A DNA stretch of 57,258 bases, counting the filler, from Squatina squatina (lineage: Eukaryota): the NCBI GenBank assembly GCA_031763465.1. It is 4 parts of 3 records of this genome, joined end to end, with 100 filler letters (N's around TTAATTAATTAA, not from the genome) between each part and the next. Parts side by side here need not be neighbours in the genome. Positions count along the whole stretch, not along the records: positions 31,354 to 44,724 come from JARFOE010000192.1; positions 44,825 to 57,258 come from JARFOE010000192.1; 2 more parts are not named here. One strand, 5' to 3'. A program made the position numbers and the translations under genes. This document shows positions 36,076 to 48,097 of the stretch, in pieces (within the stretch, counting starts at the first letter, position 1; each line of letters starts with the position of its first letter). The notes below the pieces were generated by a model that was not told the DNA's origin, did not search any database, and worked only from the letters and a program-made list of their open reading frames with translations.

Positions 36076-36777
36076 GGGCACGAAATTCCCTACTGCCCCA
36101 TTTGGGGGCAGTAGGTCTCTGGGGCTGGGACTTTTATCGCCGACCCCGGAGATCCCACCCCCTGGGAGATATTGGGCTCAATGTCCCGGAAATGAAGCAG
36201 AGTGCTGTCCACTTCAGATCTGGGGCGTTGTCGGGGTGCTGCTTCCAGCGCGGCACTGAAGAGGTCAACACCGCGCTTTGGACGCCAGCTCTCCGTGGAG
36301 CGCTGATGCGCTACAATGTCCCTCCCCATCAAAAATGGTGAAGGCCGCTGCGCACTTTGCAGAGAGGCCCAATGGCCGTCTCCAGACCACCGGAGCGCTT
36401 TTGACTGGGCCAACAGCCCGGCACGCTAGTCGGCGTGCTGGGCTAACGGATGGTGGCCTGGTTAAGTTGAGGGCCGCCATCGGTCGGCCGACCCAAGAGT
36501 CAGCCAACCAAAAAAGATGGCGGCCCGGGGTGCAAACGCCCTCCACAATTTCGCCCGTGGGACGCAAAAGGGTTGGCGCACACGTCGATGACATCGCGCG
36601 CCGGCCCGGGGCGCAAATCGCAGCACACGGCACTAAGGGCCTAGCGCCTCTGCGACCTCCCAGGCAATTTCCCAGGAGGTGATAGCGCGCCTTCGCTCCG
36701 GGCGAAAATTGCTTACCACCCTGTTAGCGCCACATGGAGGTGCTGACGGAGCTACAAAAAAGGCCAATTTTGGCTCC
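36076..36777. mobile_element. GC/CpG-rich non-autonomous TIR element
   Basis: Abrupt GC-rich block in an AT-rich intron, with ends GGGCACGAAATTCCC and GGCCAATTTTGGCTCC resembling the GGG..GAAATT termini of the other MITEs. The ORFs here are GC-content artefacts. Confidence 0.55.
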
Positions 36778-38047
36778 AAAATCTTTAGGATCTTACAGCT
36801 TACTGTGGATTGATGTAACATCAGAAGGCTAAATTGGAAAGGAATCCCTGTTTATATTAATTACAATCCTGAGAGGTTTGAGTTAATTCCTGATTACGTT
36901 CTGTTCACAAGCCTTGTGTGATTTCAAGGCTTCTTCTCATGTTTGATACATTCCGTACACGTAATAGTTTTACACTGCAGTGTAATAAAGTCTGACCNNN
37001 NNNNNNNNNNNNNNNNNNNNNNNNNNNNNNNNNNNNNNNNNNNNNNNNNNNNNNNNNNNNNNNNNNNNNNNNNNNNNNNNNNNNNNNNNNNNNNNNNTAT
37101 TTTCAATATTCAACCTCACAACACTTGCACATATATATCCCTCAGTTTATGTTCCAGTGAAAGTTTATTATGCATTTTATTGGTTTTCCTGAAAAAAGGG
37201 ACTAAACCTAGATTTATTCTGCGAAATATTTTTTATTGAAAAACTAATGCCTTGAGTACAGAATGGTCAAAAATAGTAGCATCCACTGATTGACTCAGAT
37301 ATTCCACTGTAGATGGTCTTTCCATTGAGCCTATATTATGTATAAGAGGGCCAGAACAAGCTATAACTTGAGTCAGAGCAAGACATGATCTAGCGTCTAG
37401 ACACTGTTCTCAATAGGTAAGCATGTGATTACATTGTGTGAGAGCATGCCCTTCTGACAGCTGATTCTCTAGCTTAGGACTAATGGAGATAAACNNNNNN
37501 NNNNAGTGATACCTGGTTAGAAATTGGAATAAAGGGAATTAAAGATTGGAACATTGTCCTTTTAACATTGTCTGCAGAACACCTACAGAAAGATATCAGA
37601 TTTGAAATTTGAGAATCTATGTGTGATTTGTACCAACCTTGTGCATATTTTATGGGCAAGACGTAGAAGGTCAACTCCAATGCCACTAGAGTTGGGCGTT
37701 GAGATCTATAAATGCCAGAGCTTTAAAATGATGATTCTTACTTAAGATTTACTATGTTGATAAAATCAAGATATCTTCAAGGGCTTTTTTTTGCACAAAT
37801 GTTAGGAGATCAGATTAAAAACCTGAGGATATGCCAGGCACAGAGACATCTGATGAATGTGTCCCATTCCTAGCTGAGGCAGACTGTGCAAAATTGCTGA
37901 GGTTCAGATAACATAAATCTAGTGCTGAGTGCGCAGGAAAATATCTATAATTATGTGTCACCCACCCTGTAATGTTGTATACCTGATAACAGTCAGTCTA
38001 ACTACACTAAGCAATGAGTCATTGCTGATGGTTTGATCAGTATATGT

Positions 38048-38844
38048 CAGGGGTGGCCAAACTTACTGAACCTAAGAGTCGCATACGATAATCTTTAGAT
38101 GTTCGAGAGCCGCAAGACATAAACAAACTTTACACACGAAGCTTACACAGGGTTAACACTTAAATCTAAAGCTTTTTAAATGCAACTTATGTTAACTTAT
38201 GTTAATGAACAACTTCTATCCTGAGCCTACCCACTAGGTCTGCATGGTAGAACATCTTGAGTAACACTGCGTTGTCGTTGTCTTCTCGACCGCAGGTGGG
38301 GCAGGTAGTTTGATGGGGCTCCCGCCCTCTCTCTGGTCTCTGCTGCTCCCACTCTCTCTCTCCGGTCTCTGCTGCTCTTGCCCTTTCTCCGGTCTCTGCT
38401 GCTCCCGTTCTCTCTCTCAGTCTCTGTTGCTCCCGCTCTCTCTCTCCAGTCTCTGCTGCTCCCGCTCTTTGTCCGGTCTCTGCTGCACCCATTCTCTCTC
38501 TCAGTCTCTGCTGCTCCCGCTCTCTCTCTCTCCAGTCTCTGCTGCTCCCGTTCGCCCATTCTCGGGTCTCTGCCGCTCTCTCTCTCTCTCTCTCTTGGGT
38601 CTCTGCTGTTCCCACCCTTTCTCCGGCCTCTGCTGCTCCTGCTCTCCCTCGGGTCTCTGCTGTTCCTGCTCTCTCTCTCCGGTCTCTGCTGCTCCCGATC
38701 TTTCTCTCGGGTCTCTGCTGTTCCCGCCCATTTCTCCAGCCTCTGCTGCTCCCGCTCTTGAAGCCAAAATTTTTTTTCCGCGAGCCGCACTTTAAGTGTC
38801 AAAGAGCCGCATGCGGCTCGCAAGCCACAGTTTGGCCATGCCTG
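38048..38844. mobile_element. Non-autonomous hAT (Charlie-like) transposon
   Basis: TIRs CAGGGGTGGCCAAACT and AGTTTGGCCATGCCTG (14/16 match). Perfect 8-bp TSD GTATATGT at 38040-38047 and 38845-38852. Subterminal GAGCCGCA motifs. Confidence 0.9.
38320..38757. repeat. About 27-bp minisatellite inside the hAT element
   Basis: Tandem GGTCTCTGCTGCTCCCGCTCTCTCTCTCC-type units with a variable (CT)n tract. Confidence 0.85.
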
Positions 38845-39226
38845 GTATATGTGTACTCACTTATATATTGAAAACTCCAAAACATTTTATAAATAACATT
38901 TATTTGCAAATGCGGAGGTATAGCACTGGCCGTTAAGGCCGGTTTTGTTGAAAAAATGGTGGCCGCCTCACAGAACACGGCAACCAGCATTTTGGGGAAG
39001 TTGTTAGTGCTGCCGTTGCCTGTACTTGCCGCCCACATGTAAATATGTAGATTGTGACATCAATCGCCTGGATGGTGGCGCTCTGGATACTGCCCTTGCT
39101 AAACCATGCATGGAAGAACGTGCGGCNNNNNNNNNNNNNNNNNNNNNNNNNNNNNNNNNNNNNNNNNNNNNNNNNNNNNNNNNNNNNNNNNNNNNNNNNN
39201 NNNNNNNNNNNNNNNNNNNNNNNNNN

Positions 39227-40625
39227 TGTGTGGCACTCACAAACCAGTTTTCAGTGCTTAATAACAGTGAGGGTAATGGCACCTCAGGGGAGTACAGTCA
39301 AGAGCAAATCCACGTCATTGTGGGCTAAAGGACTGCACAGGGAGGCATAATGAAGTGCAGAAATGCAGTTATAATAGGGATTCAATAGTTAGGGGAGCAG
39401 ATAATATTTCTGCAACCACCGACATGAGTCTTGCTTGGTGTGTTGTCTCCCTGGTGCCAGAGTAAAGGATGTTATGGAACAGGTGTAGAACATTCTACAA
39501 GGGAAAGGGGAAGAGCTAGAAGTTGTGGTCAACGTTGGAACTAATGGCATAGGAATGAAAAGGGTTGAGGTCCTGCAGCCAGAGTTTCAGGAGCAAGGTG
39601 GGTGTTAAAGAACAGGACTTCAAAGATGGTGATTTCTGGATTATTCCCAGTGCAACCTGCCAGTGAGTACAGAAACAGTAAAATAAAGCAGATTAATGTG
39701 TGGCTGGAGAAATGAAGGAGGGAGGGGTTCAGATTCCTGGGGCATTGGGACCAGTTAAGGGACAGGAGGAACCTGTAGAAGATGGATGGGTTGCACCTCA
39801 CCAGGGCTGGACCAATGTCCTTGCGAGGAGGTTAAGTAGTCCTGTGGGGGAGGTTTTGAACTAATTTGGCAGGGAGAGAGGCACTAGGATGAAGCATTAG
39901 AGAGGAAAAACATAGAGGTGCATAGAGGACTGGGAAAGACAAACAGCATTAGAATATAAAGATTAGTTCAGAAATAAGAGGGATCAAACAGGGGAAATTG
40001 GAAGCAGACTAGGATGGGATTGGAGTGCATGTGCGTAAATGCACGGAGTATGGTAAATAAAGTTGGTGAGCTGCAGGCACAAATTGCTATATGGTGGCAA
40101 TAATGGAGACCTGGTTCAAACAAGGGGAGGATTGGGAACTTAATAATTCTGGCTAAAAAGTATTCAGGAAAGATAGGGATGGGAGAAAAAGAGGGTGGGC
40201 AGTATTGATCAAAGATACTGTAACAGCACTGGTAGGGGATTATGTACTTGAGATTTCAAAGACACAATCTCTTTGGTTAGAAATAAGGAACATTAGAGGA
40301 GCTATTATGCTGCTGGGTGTATACTATATGCCACCAAATAGCAGGAAGGAGATAGAGGAGAAACATTTGAAGTCAAATTTCAGAAAGATGCAAGAATTAT
40401 AGGGCAGTGATAATGGGAGACTTCAATTATCCTAATATAGACTGGAAAAATAACAACAGTGTAAAGGGCAAAGAGGGGACGGAATTCCTGAACTGTGTAC
40501 AAGGGATCAGTATCATCGGCACGGAAACGATGGGCCGAATGGCCCCCTTCTGTGCTGTATCTTTTCTATGGAACTATGGTATGTTTCCAGCCCAACGAGG
40601 AAGGAAGCAGTGTTGGATCTGGTTC
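39227..40625 (+). mobile_element. Decayed CR1 LINE: ORF1 SGNH-esterase and ORF2 AP-endonuclease fragments
   Basis: VALTNQFSVL, CCLPGARVKDV, VVVNVGTN, VISGLFPV, EGFRFLGHW and DGLHL (esterase), then CMCVNARS, IMETW and MGDFNYPNIDW (APE). Broken by stops and frameshifts. Confidence 0.8.
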
Positions 40626-41801
40626 TTCACCTTAACCACTACTCGTCATCAAGGAACCATCTGGGGTTTACCACCTAGTCTATGACTAGGAGGTAATGAT
40701 GCCTAAATGTGGCTCATCAAGCTGTTTTACACCAATCAGTTCAGATTATATCAGCAGTTACATCACCGACCACCTATCAGGATCTGCACAAGCAACTGAA
40801 TGTATGAATTAACACTTTCTTGTCAATGATGCTGGCTTAAAGCTTACTTCCCTTAAAGTCAGGAAACCTTGTACATTTACGTAACACTTATATCTGCCTG
40901 TATTTGTCTAATATATCCATCCAATCTTAATTTCTGTAACCTTTCTCCCTATCTTTCCAGTTTTACAGATACGTTCTTCTACATGTACGAGACAAAGAAA
41001 TCCTACACCTTCTTCCGCAAAGACTACAACAAGAACTATTAAAAGAACTAGAATTAAACTGAGGACTTCAGTGTCTAAAACACCATCTTGTATATCCTTA
41101 ATTTCCAAAAGAAACTTATCAATTCTAAGTGACATGTTAGAAGAGTTCTGCCCATGTTATTATCCCTGATGACCTCCAATGGTGACAGAATAAGTAAATT
41201 CAATTAAAGAGAAGGAAACTACTCAAGGTTTCACCATGCTGTGGATAAATGGAGTTTAGGAATCAATTAAAGTTAAAGAGGGCCTATGGGAACTAGAAAA
41301 ATCATAATTAAAAAACTCCAGGAGGGGGATGCCATAAAACAACAAAAGGAAAGTAGATGAGTAAAAAAGAGAATTGTTAAAAGTGAGTTGGGACCCTTGA
41401 GATTTGAAGATGTTGATCAAAAAATGGCAGAGGTTTTTTTTGTTTACTCGCTCATAGGGTGTGAGCATCGCTGGCAAGGCCAGCATTTATTGCCCATCCT
41501 TAATTGCCCTTGTGAAGGTGGTGATGNNNNNNNNNNNNNNNNNNNNNNNNNNNNNNNNNNNNNNNNNNNNNNNNNNNNNNNNNNNNNNNNNNNNNNNNNN
41601 NNNNNNNNNNNNNNNNNNNNNNNNNNGTTCATCTATTATACAAACCCACTTTGGTAGGAAGTCCCAACTGGGTGTTACAGCAATGAGGTCAATCCTTTGT
41701 CCTTCACAGGATGTAGTATCAGTAATGCACGATAACCTTCTACATTATATCAACACTCATGACGGAAAGCGCGTGGGTGGGAATGGGATTGAGTTACTCA
41801 C

Positions 41802-41850
41802 GTGATGTTTCTGCTTTTGAAGCAATAGCAGCAACCAGCTCCTTCTTCAC
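41802..41850 (-). CDS. RAPGEF5: RAPGEF5 long-isoform exon (VKKELVAAIASKAETS)
   Basis: Acceptor ttccttgtttggacaatag|, donor C|gtgagt. Resembles recalled RAPGEF5 VQ(K/R)ELAAVIALKA and EPAC2 VKRELAGVL. The phase 0 start fits the exon at 43839-43923. Confidence 0.75.
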
Positions 41851-43838
41851 CTATTGTCCAAACAAGGAACAGAACATGAGAGTGGTCCCTGGCTCAGATC
41901 AACAAGCTGCTGTGCTTTTGTAAACATATTCTGAGCAGAAGAAACTGAAGATTAATTGAATTCTTAAAAATGGAATCAAAAAATTCTCAGTAACACCAAA
42001 AGATATTTTCAGTCAAAACGAAAATTTTAATTTTTTTATAGCAGAATATTGGCACTGTTGTATACAGCTATAATCGATTAGGGAGCTGGGAAGCTGCACT
42101 CCAAACACCTGAAGCCAAGTGTTAGCTTTTAAATTGTTGCTGTGAAAATAAGACTTTAAATAGTGCAATTAGGATGTTACACTGCAAACTCTTATCTGGC
42201 AGAAATGGGTTAAATCTAGTGATTGCATTTACAGTTTTTCACCCTGAATAAATTGAATGTTTGCCTACACGACAACAGTAGTTCATAGTGCAAAACATTT
42301 TGAGGTGTTTCAACGTAAATCACTATCTAAATACAATTATTATTTTCGCTATAATGGAGAGAAGCTTTCTTGTTGCTAATCAGGCCTGCCATTTTGAATG
42401 TGGATTTCAAGCGGCAATTCACACTGTTTTACCACAAGCATCACAGACATAGCCCTGAGTTTCCTCCGACTTTCTGCTACTGCACCACCATATCTTCACT
42501 GGACGTGTGGAGGAAACCCCGTTTACTGAGTTTCACTGCACTTCTCGGGAAGTTATGACAGTGCAGCGTAATAAAGTCTGTGGGATTCAGGGCTAAATCA
42601 ACTAAAGAACAATGCAGCAGTTTTTAACCTGTAGGTTGCAACACCCGCACCGTCCTCCCATCGATCACCCCACCCCATATCTCCGAGTGATTGTGAGAAC
42701 CAGCTAGTGAAGAGGGAGAAATGTCTCTGGGAGGAAGGGGTAGAGCCTTGCTATGAAAATGTTGGACGGTTTCTCTGTGAAGAGGATAGAGAGAAGGCCA
42801 TTGTGCAGGGGTGAAAGAGTGGCTCAATAAAGGGAGAGACAATGTGGCTCTGTGTAAAGTGAGGAAGCAAACCTCTGTGAGTTGCCTCTGTGAAGGAGGA
42901 GGATACTTTTGTATTTAGTTCATCANNNNNNNNNNNNNNNNNNNNNNNNNNNNNNNNNNNNNNNNNNNNNNNNNNNNNNNNNNNNNNNNNNNNNNNNNNN
43001 NNNNNNNNNNNNNNNNNNNNNNNNNNNNNNNNNNNNNNNNNNNNNNNNNNNNNNNNNNNNNNNNNNNNNNNNNNNNNNNNNNNNNNNNNNNNNNNNNNNN
43101 NNNNNNNNNNNNNNNNNNNNNNNNNNNNNNNNNNNNNNNNNNNNNNNNNNNNNNNNNNNNNNNNNNNNNNNNNNNNNNNNNNNNNNNNNNNNNNNNNNNN
43201 NNNNNNNNNNNNNNNNNNNNNNNNNNNNNNNNNNNNNNNNNNNNNNNNNNNNNNNNNNNNNNNNNNNNNNNNNNNNNNNNNNNNNNNNNNNNNNNNNNNN
43301 NNNNNNNNNNNNNNNNNNNNNNNNNNNNNNNNNNNNNNNNNNNNNNNNNNNNNNNNNNNNNNNNNNNNNNNNNNNNNNNNNNNNNNNNNNNNNNNNNNNN
43401 NNNNNNNNNNNNNNNNNNNNNNNNNNNNNNNNNNNNNNNNNNNNNNNNNNNNNNNNNNNNNNNNNNNNNNNNNNNNNNNNNNNNNNNNNNNNNNNNNNNN
43501 CTCCAATCTCCAACTCCTCCTCTGATGGCCAACGCAGCACGGCCCCTCCCGCCGCCCGCCCCCACCTCCCGCCGCCCGCCCCCACCTCCCGCGATGTCCG
43601 ACTTACTCTGCTCTGCTCCACAGCTGCATTCCCAGTCGACGGTCAGCAAGCCTCTCAATCTGACTGCCTGCGCCCAGGAAATCCATGCAAAAAATTTTAA
43701 ATAAGTTTTGCCCTACAATTTTGCAGGGCCTCCGGGAAACCCATATATCTGGTTTTCCCAGCCGCTAAATCATATAATGAAGGGGGGGAGGGGTGTTTCA
43801 CAGTTAGCTTCTGAATTAATAAGAAATGTTTTTTTTAC

Positions 43839-43923
43839 CGTTGCTGATAAGAGAGCAAGAGCCTGAATTTGGAGGACTTCATCACATGGAACTATTTTCT
43901 CCTCTGCTGATCTTTGCTCTGAA
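43839..43923 (-). CDS. RAPGEF5: RAPGEF5 long-isoform exon (SEQRSAEEKIVPCDEVLQIQALALLSAT)
   Basis: Acceptor ttttttttttcag|, donor ACG|gtaaaa. Resembles recalled EPAC2 [28 protein letters not shown] and splices in frame to VKKEL. Confidence 0.72.
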
Positions 43924-44522
43924 CTGAAAAAAAAAATCCATTAATTCTTAATTTCATTCTGTGTTTATTTAGTTTGGAGCAGTATAAAATGCTTTGCTCT
44001 CTGCTTGGAGCAGAGAGAAGGATATCAGCCTATGACTTTTTGTTCCTCATCCGAAAGGCCAAAGTTCAGAAACATTCTTGTGTTCATTTTAAGCTGGTTA
44101 GCACTGATTTGGGAAACCTAGGCCTCGGTCTTTTTCATTTTCCCGATAACTATACATTTTTTGTTTGAGTGTTTGTCCACATTTGATTTCCTTGCTTTTT
44201 GTTCTTTATTGCTGTGGCTAGACAAATCCCGAGAATTGTTATGTCTGTGTGTGGCACTATTTTGCTGCTTTAGAATTGCAAATTAGTTTTAAAAGTGTCT
44301 TTGGTGCTGGTAGTTTATAGTTTACCTGCATTATGAGCACCTGGTACTTACCATTTCCCATCTCTATTCTATGAGCAAGAATCACCTCGGGTGTTTTAGC
44401 TATTTTAACTTCAGTGCTGTGAAAGATTGTACGTCAAATCACTTTTTTTGAAAAATTCTGTGGACATTCAGGTAGTGCAGCTAATTCTAGCTCTTAAACT
44501 GAGCAGAATATCTCATTGGCAA

Positions 44523-44703
44523 TAAAAACAGAAAATGCTGGAAATACTCAGCAGGTCAGGCAGCATCTGTGAAGAGAGAAACAGTTAACATTTCAGATCG
44601 ATGATGACCCTTCTCTCTCTGCCTGACCTGAGTATTTCCAGCATTTTCAGTTTTTTTTTAATTTCACATTTCCAGTATCCACAGTATTTTGTTTTTATAT
44701 TAG
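44523..44703. mobile_element. Minimal Penelope-like insertion (inverted pair of terminal repeats)
   Basis: AAAATGCTGGAAATACTCAGCAGGTCAGGCAG followed by the inverted CTGCCTGACCTGAGTATTTCCAGCATTTT. 14-bp direct repeat TATCTCATTGGCAA at 44509-44522 and 44704-44717. Confidence 0.78.
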
Positions 44704-44724
44704 TATCTCATTGGCAAGAGGTTT

Positions 44725-44824
44725 NNNNNNNNNNNNNNNNNNNNNNNNNNNNNNNNNNNNNNNNNNNNTTAATTAATTAANNNNNNNNNNNNNNNNNNNN
44801 NNNNNNNNNNNNNNNNNNNNNNNN
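44725..44824. other. Artificial scaffold-joining spacer (N44-TTAATTAATTAA-N44)
   Basis: 12-mer at 44769-44780 with 44 N on each side. Confidence 0.95.
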
Positions 44825-45394
44825 TCTGACAGTCCCACACAGACTTCAATATGTTGGTGGTCGTACTATCTTTATGCTTCAAATGCAACAAAAGCAATTT
44901 TTGAAATGACTCCCAGTATTTTTCTATAAGGATCATGCATTTTCTTTTCCACTACATTAAACTGAGCTAATGGGCTGTCAGTTCTGCTAAGTCAAGCACT
45001 TAGTTATGTTTTGGGTGCAGACCAGAAATGTGGTCGTGATTCCACCTTTAGGAGAAAAAAAAACATTAAGAATAGCGAAAAAAAAAGTCTTATGGTAATA
45101 ATAACACTGATAAACCACATATTTAAATTGTTCTGCTCCCTCAAACTCATCCAAGATGATTTCTTTACACTAGCACAAAAATCATTTCAAAATTCATTTT
45201 CTTTTGTGCTCCACTAAACTGCACTTGTGCCACTATTTGTACTTTTATTTCAGTTCAATGTTGGTGGAAAGAACATAAAGGATGGTTCATTTTTTTCATA
45301 TTTCCTGTAACTTTTATTTTTTCCATGTTTATAGATTCACCGTATGTCACACAGTATTTCCCAGCTGAGCGTTCAAACTGTTTTTGGACCAGCT

Positions 45395-45950
45395 GCCTGG
45401 ACCAGCCACATAAATACTGTGGCTGCAAGAGCAGGTCAGAGGTTGCGTACTCTGCGGCGAGTGACTCACCTCCTAATTCCCCAAAGCTTTTCCACCATCC
45501 ACAAGACACAAGTCAGGAGCGTGATGGAATACTCTCCACTTGCCTGGATGAGTGCAGCTCCAACAACACTCAGGGAGCTCGATACCATCCAGGACTAAGC
45601 AGCCCACTTGATCGGCACCCCCATCCATAACCTTAAACATGCACTCCCCCCACCACCGGCACACCTTGGCTACAATGTGTACNNNNNNNNNNTCTCGCCA
45701 AGGCTTCTTCAACAGCACCTCCCAAAACAGCAACGTATACCTCCTAGAAGGACAAGGGCAGCATCTGTGGAGAGAGAAGTATATTGCCGTTCTCTCATCG
45801 TCGCTGGGTAAAAATCCTGGAACCCCCTCCCTTTATCACACGGACCGCAGCAGTCCAAGAAGGCGGCTCACCACCACCTTATAAAGAGCAATTCGGGATG
45901 GGCAATTAATGCTAGCTTTGCCAGTGAATCCCATGAATGAATTTTTAAAA
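45395..45950 (+). mobile_element. CR1/L2-group LINE 3' fragment
   Basis: WTSHINTVAARAGQRL...KTQVRSVMEYSPLAWMSAAPTTLRELDTIQD (post-RT region), with 3' end ...CCCATGAATGAAT. The same family occurs antisense at about 41445-41526 and 56150-56522. Confidence 0.75.
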
Positions 45951-46383
45951 AAGTGTGCAAAAAAAGATTGTGATTATGCAACCTATGATGTTCCTTCCCT
46001 GCCATTCGGGGCAGTATCTCCTATTGATAGACTAGTTGAGGTAGGGAATTTCATGTTTTGTGAATCTCAAGTTTGAGCTCACGCCCTGGCACTCTGCGAC
46101 ACACTATACTGACACTCCAATATATTGCATTTCCTGGATACTAAAGGCAGTGAGTATCTTAAAGCTCACATTTTCTTTCTTTGTTGAAGTGCCCCATTAT
46201 CTATCTGAATAATGCATAGCCAAATGTTTGATTATCCATTTGAACCAGAGCTTGTTGACCAACAAACCAAAATAATTTTTCTTNNNNNNNNNNNNNNNNN
46301 NNNNNNNNNNNNNNNNNNNNNNNNNNNNNNNNNNNNNNNNNNNNNNNNNNNNNNNNNNNNNNNNNNNNNNNNNNNNNNNNNNN

Positions 46384-47140
46384 TTCTCTGGTCTATCCAC
46401 ACAACTGTAATCCCTCATCCCAGGAGCCATTTTAGTAAATCCCTTCTGGAACCTCACATCCTTCCTAAAGTGGGGCCAAACTAGTGTTTTATCTAGGTTT
46501 AGCATAACTTCCTGCCTTTTGTATTCTATGCCGCTATTCATAAAGCCCAGGATCCCATATGCTTTATTAACTGCTTTGTTACCCTGTCCTGCCATCTTCA
46601 AAGATTTGTGAACAAATACCCCCAGGTTGCTCTGCTCTTGCGTCCCCTTTAAAATTGTACCATTTAGTATGTATGGTCTCTCCTCATTCTTCCTACCAAA
46701 ATGTATCACCTCACATTTCTCTGCATTAAATTTCAGTTGCTATGTATCCTTCCATTCCACCAGCCTGTCTATGTCCTCTTGAAGTCTATTACTATCTTCC
46801 TCAGTGTTTACTACACTTCTAAGTTTCATGTCATCTGCAAATTTCAAAATTGTGTCCTGTACCCCCAAATCATTAATGTATATTAAAAACAGCAGCAGTA
46901 CTGAGCACCACTGGCAACCTCTCCAGTCAGAGAAACAGCCATTCACCACAGCTCACTGTTTTCTATCCCTTAGCCAAATTTGTATCCATGCTGCTACTGC
47001 CCTGTTTATCCCAGGGGCTTCAATTTCGCTAACAAGCTGAATATGTGGTACTTTTATCAGAAGCTTTTTGAAAGTTCATATACAAAACCTCAACTGCACT
47101 GCCCTCATCCACCCTCTCTGCTACCTCATCAAAAAACTCA
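46384..47140 (-). mobile_element. CR1 LINE RT C-terminal fragment
   Basis: LLFLIYINDL, ILKFADDMKL, LQEDIDRLVEW, IHFGRKN, LGVFVHKSLK and KAYGILGF. Frameshifted. Confidence 0.88.
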
Positions 47141-47936
47141 TGTCACATACTTTCCTTTTCAGACAACAGCTATAAATGATTATGGTACCTTTAGAGGATA
47201 CCTGCATAAATAACAGCAAACAAAAAGACTCTTGCATTTCCCAAAGGTACACAAGAGTCCAGACACAAGCAGATAAACACTTTTGACTCTTGTGGCAGAT
47301 AAACTGTATGCTCAACCAAGAAGGAGGAGGACCACACAATTAAACTAGGATATCTAGTCCTATGCAGCCACAAGAGTTCTAATGAAAGGCCATAGAAACA
47401 TAGAAAATAGGAGCAGGAGTAGGCCATTCAGCTCTTCGAGCCTGCACCACCATTCAATGAGATCATGGCTGATCCTCTATTTCAACGCCATATTGCCTCT
47501 TTTCCCCATATCCCTTGAAGTCTTCAGTGTCATCAACCTAAAACATTTAACTCTGTTTCTCTCTCCACAGATGCTGCCTGAAACATTGAGTGTTTCCAGC
47601 AATTTCTGTTATTATTTCACATAACTTTACAGATCAACCATGAAACAGTCAGCAGATTTTATATTCCTTACTTAAGTTTGCAGCCAAAAATAAGATTAGA
47701 TGTATTAGAGAAGTGGCAGGCCACATACATTTCATACTGAGGAGCCTCAAGAGGGATTGACATGATTGGGTTCAAGCACACCAGATGCACAATACCCTCC
47801 CCCTCCCCAATAGGATANNNNNNNNNNNNNNNNNNNNNNNNNNNNNNNNNNNNNNNNNNNNNNNNNNNNNNNNNNNNNNNNNNNNNNNNNNNNNNNNNNN
47901 NNNNNNNNNNNNNNNNNCCACCCACAGAGGCCCTTT

Positions 47937-48097
47937 ACTTTCGCATGCGGTGGATCTGTCAATAGAAATCTTGACAGATCGCAAGTTCCGGGTTTATGGG
48001 GCATGAGCAGTGCATCCCTAAACCCAGAACTTTTGGGGCCTCTACAAGCACGTGTGTACTTCACACGCACACGTAGGGGCCCCAATTTCAGGGCCCC
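47937..48097 (-). mobile_element. Terminal fragment of the hairpin-rich TIR element family
   Basis: Ends ...CCAATTTCAGGCCCC (reverse complement GGGGCCTGAAATTGG) and is homologous to 25573-25715. Confidence 0.65.

Noticed and set aside
36074-36821. Cluster of ORFs or a CpG-island promoter
   Set aside because: It coincides with a TIR-bounded GC-rich insertion and has no recognisable protein motifs.
40960-41170. Acceptor-like site followed by open frames on the plus strand, antisense to RAPGEF5
   Set aside because: No recognisable homology in any frame and no partner exons were found.
4074-43923. GPCR + SMCHD1 + EMILIN2 + RAPGEF5 as a functional gene cluster
   Set aside because: The genes sit on three different scaffolds joined artificially.
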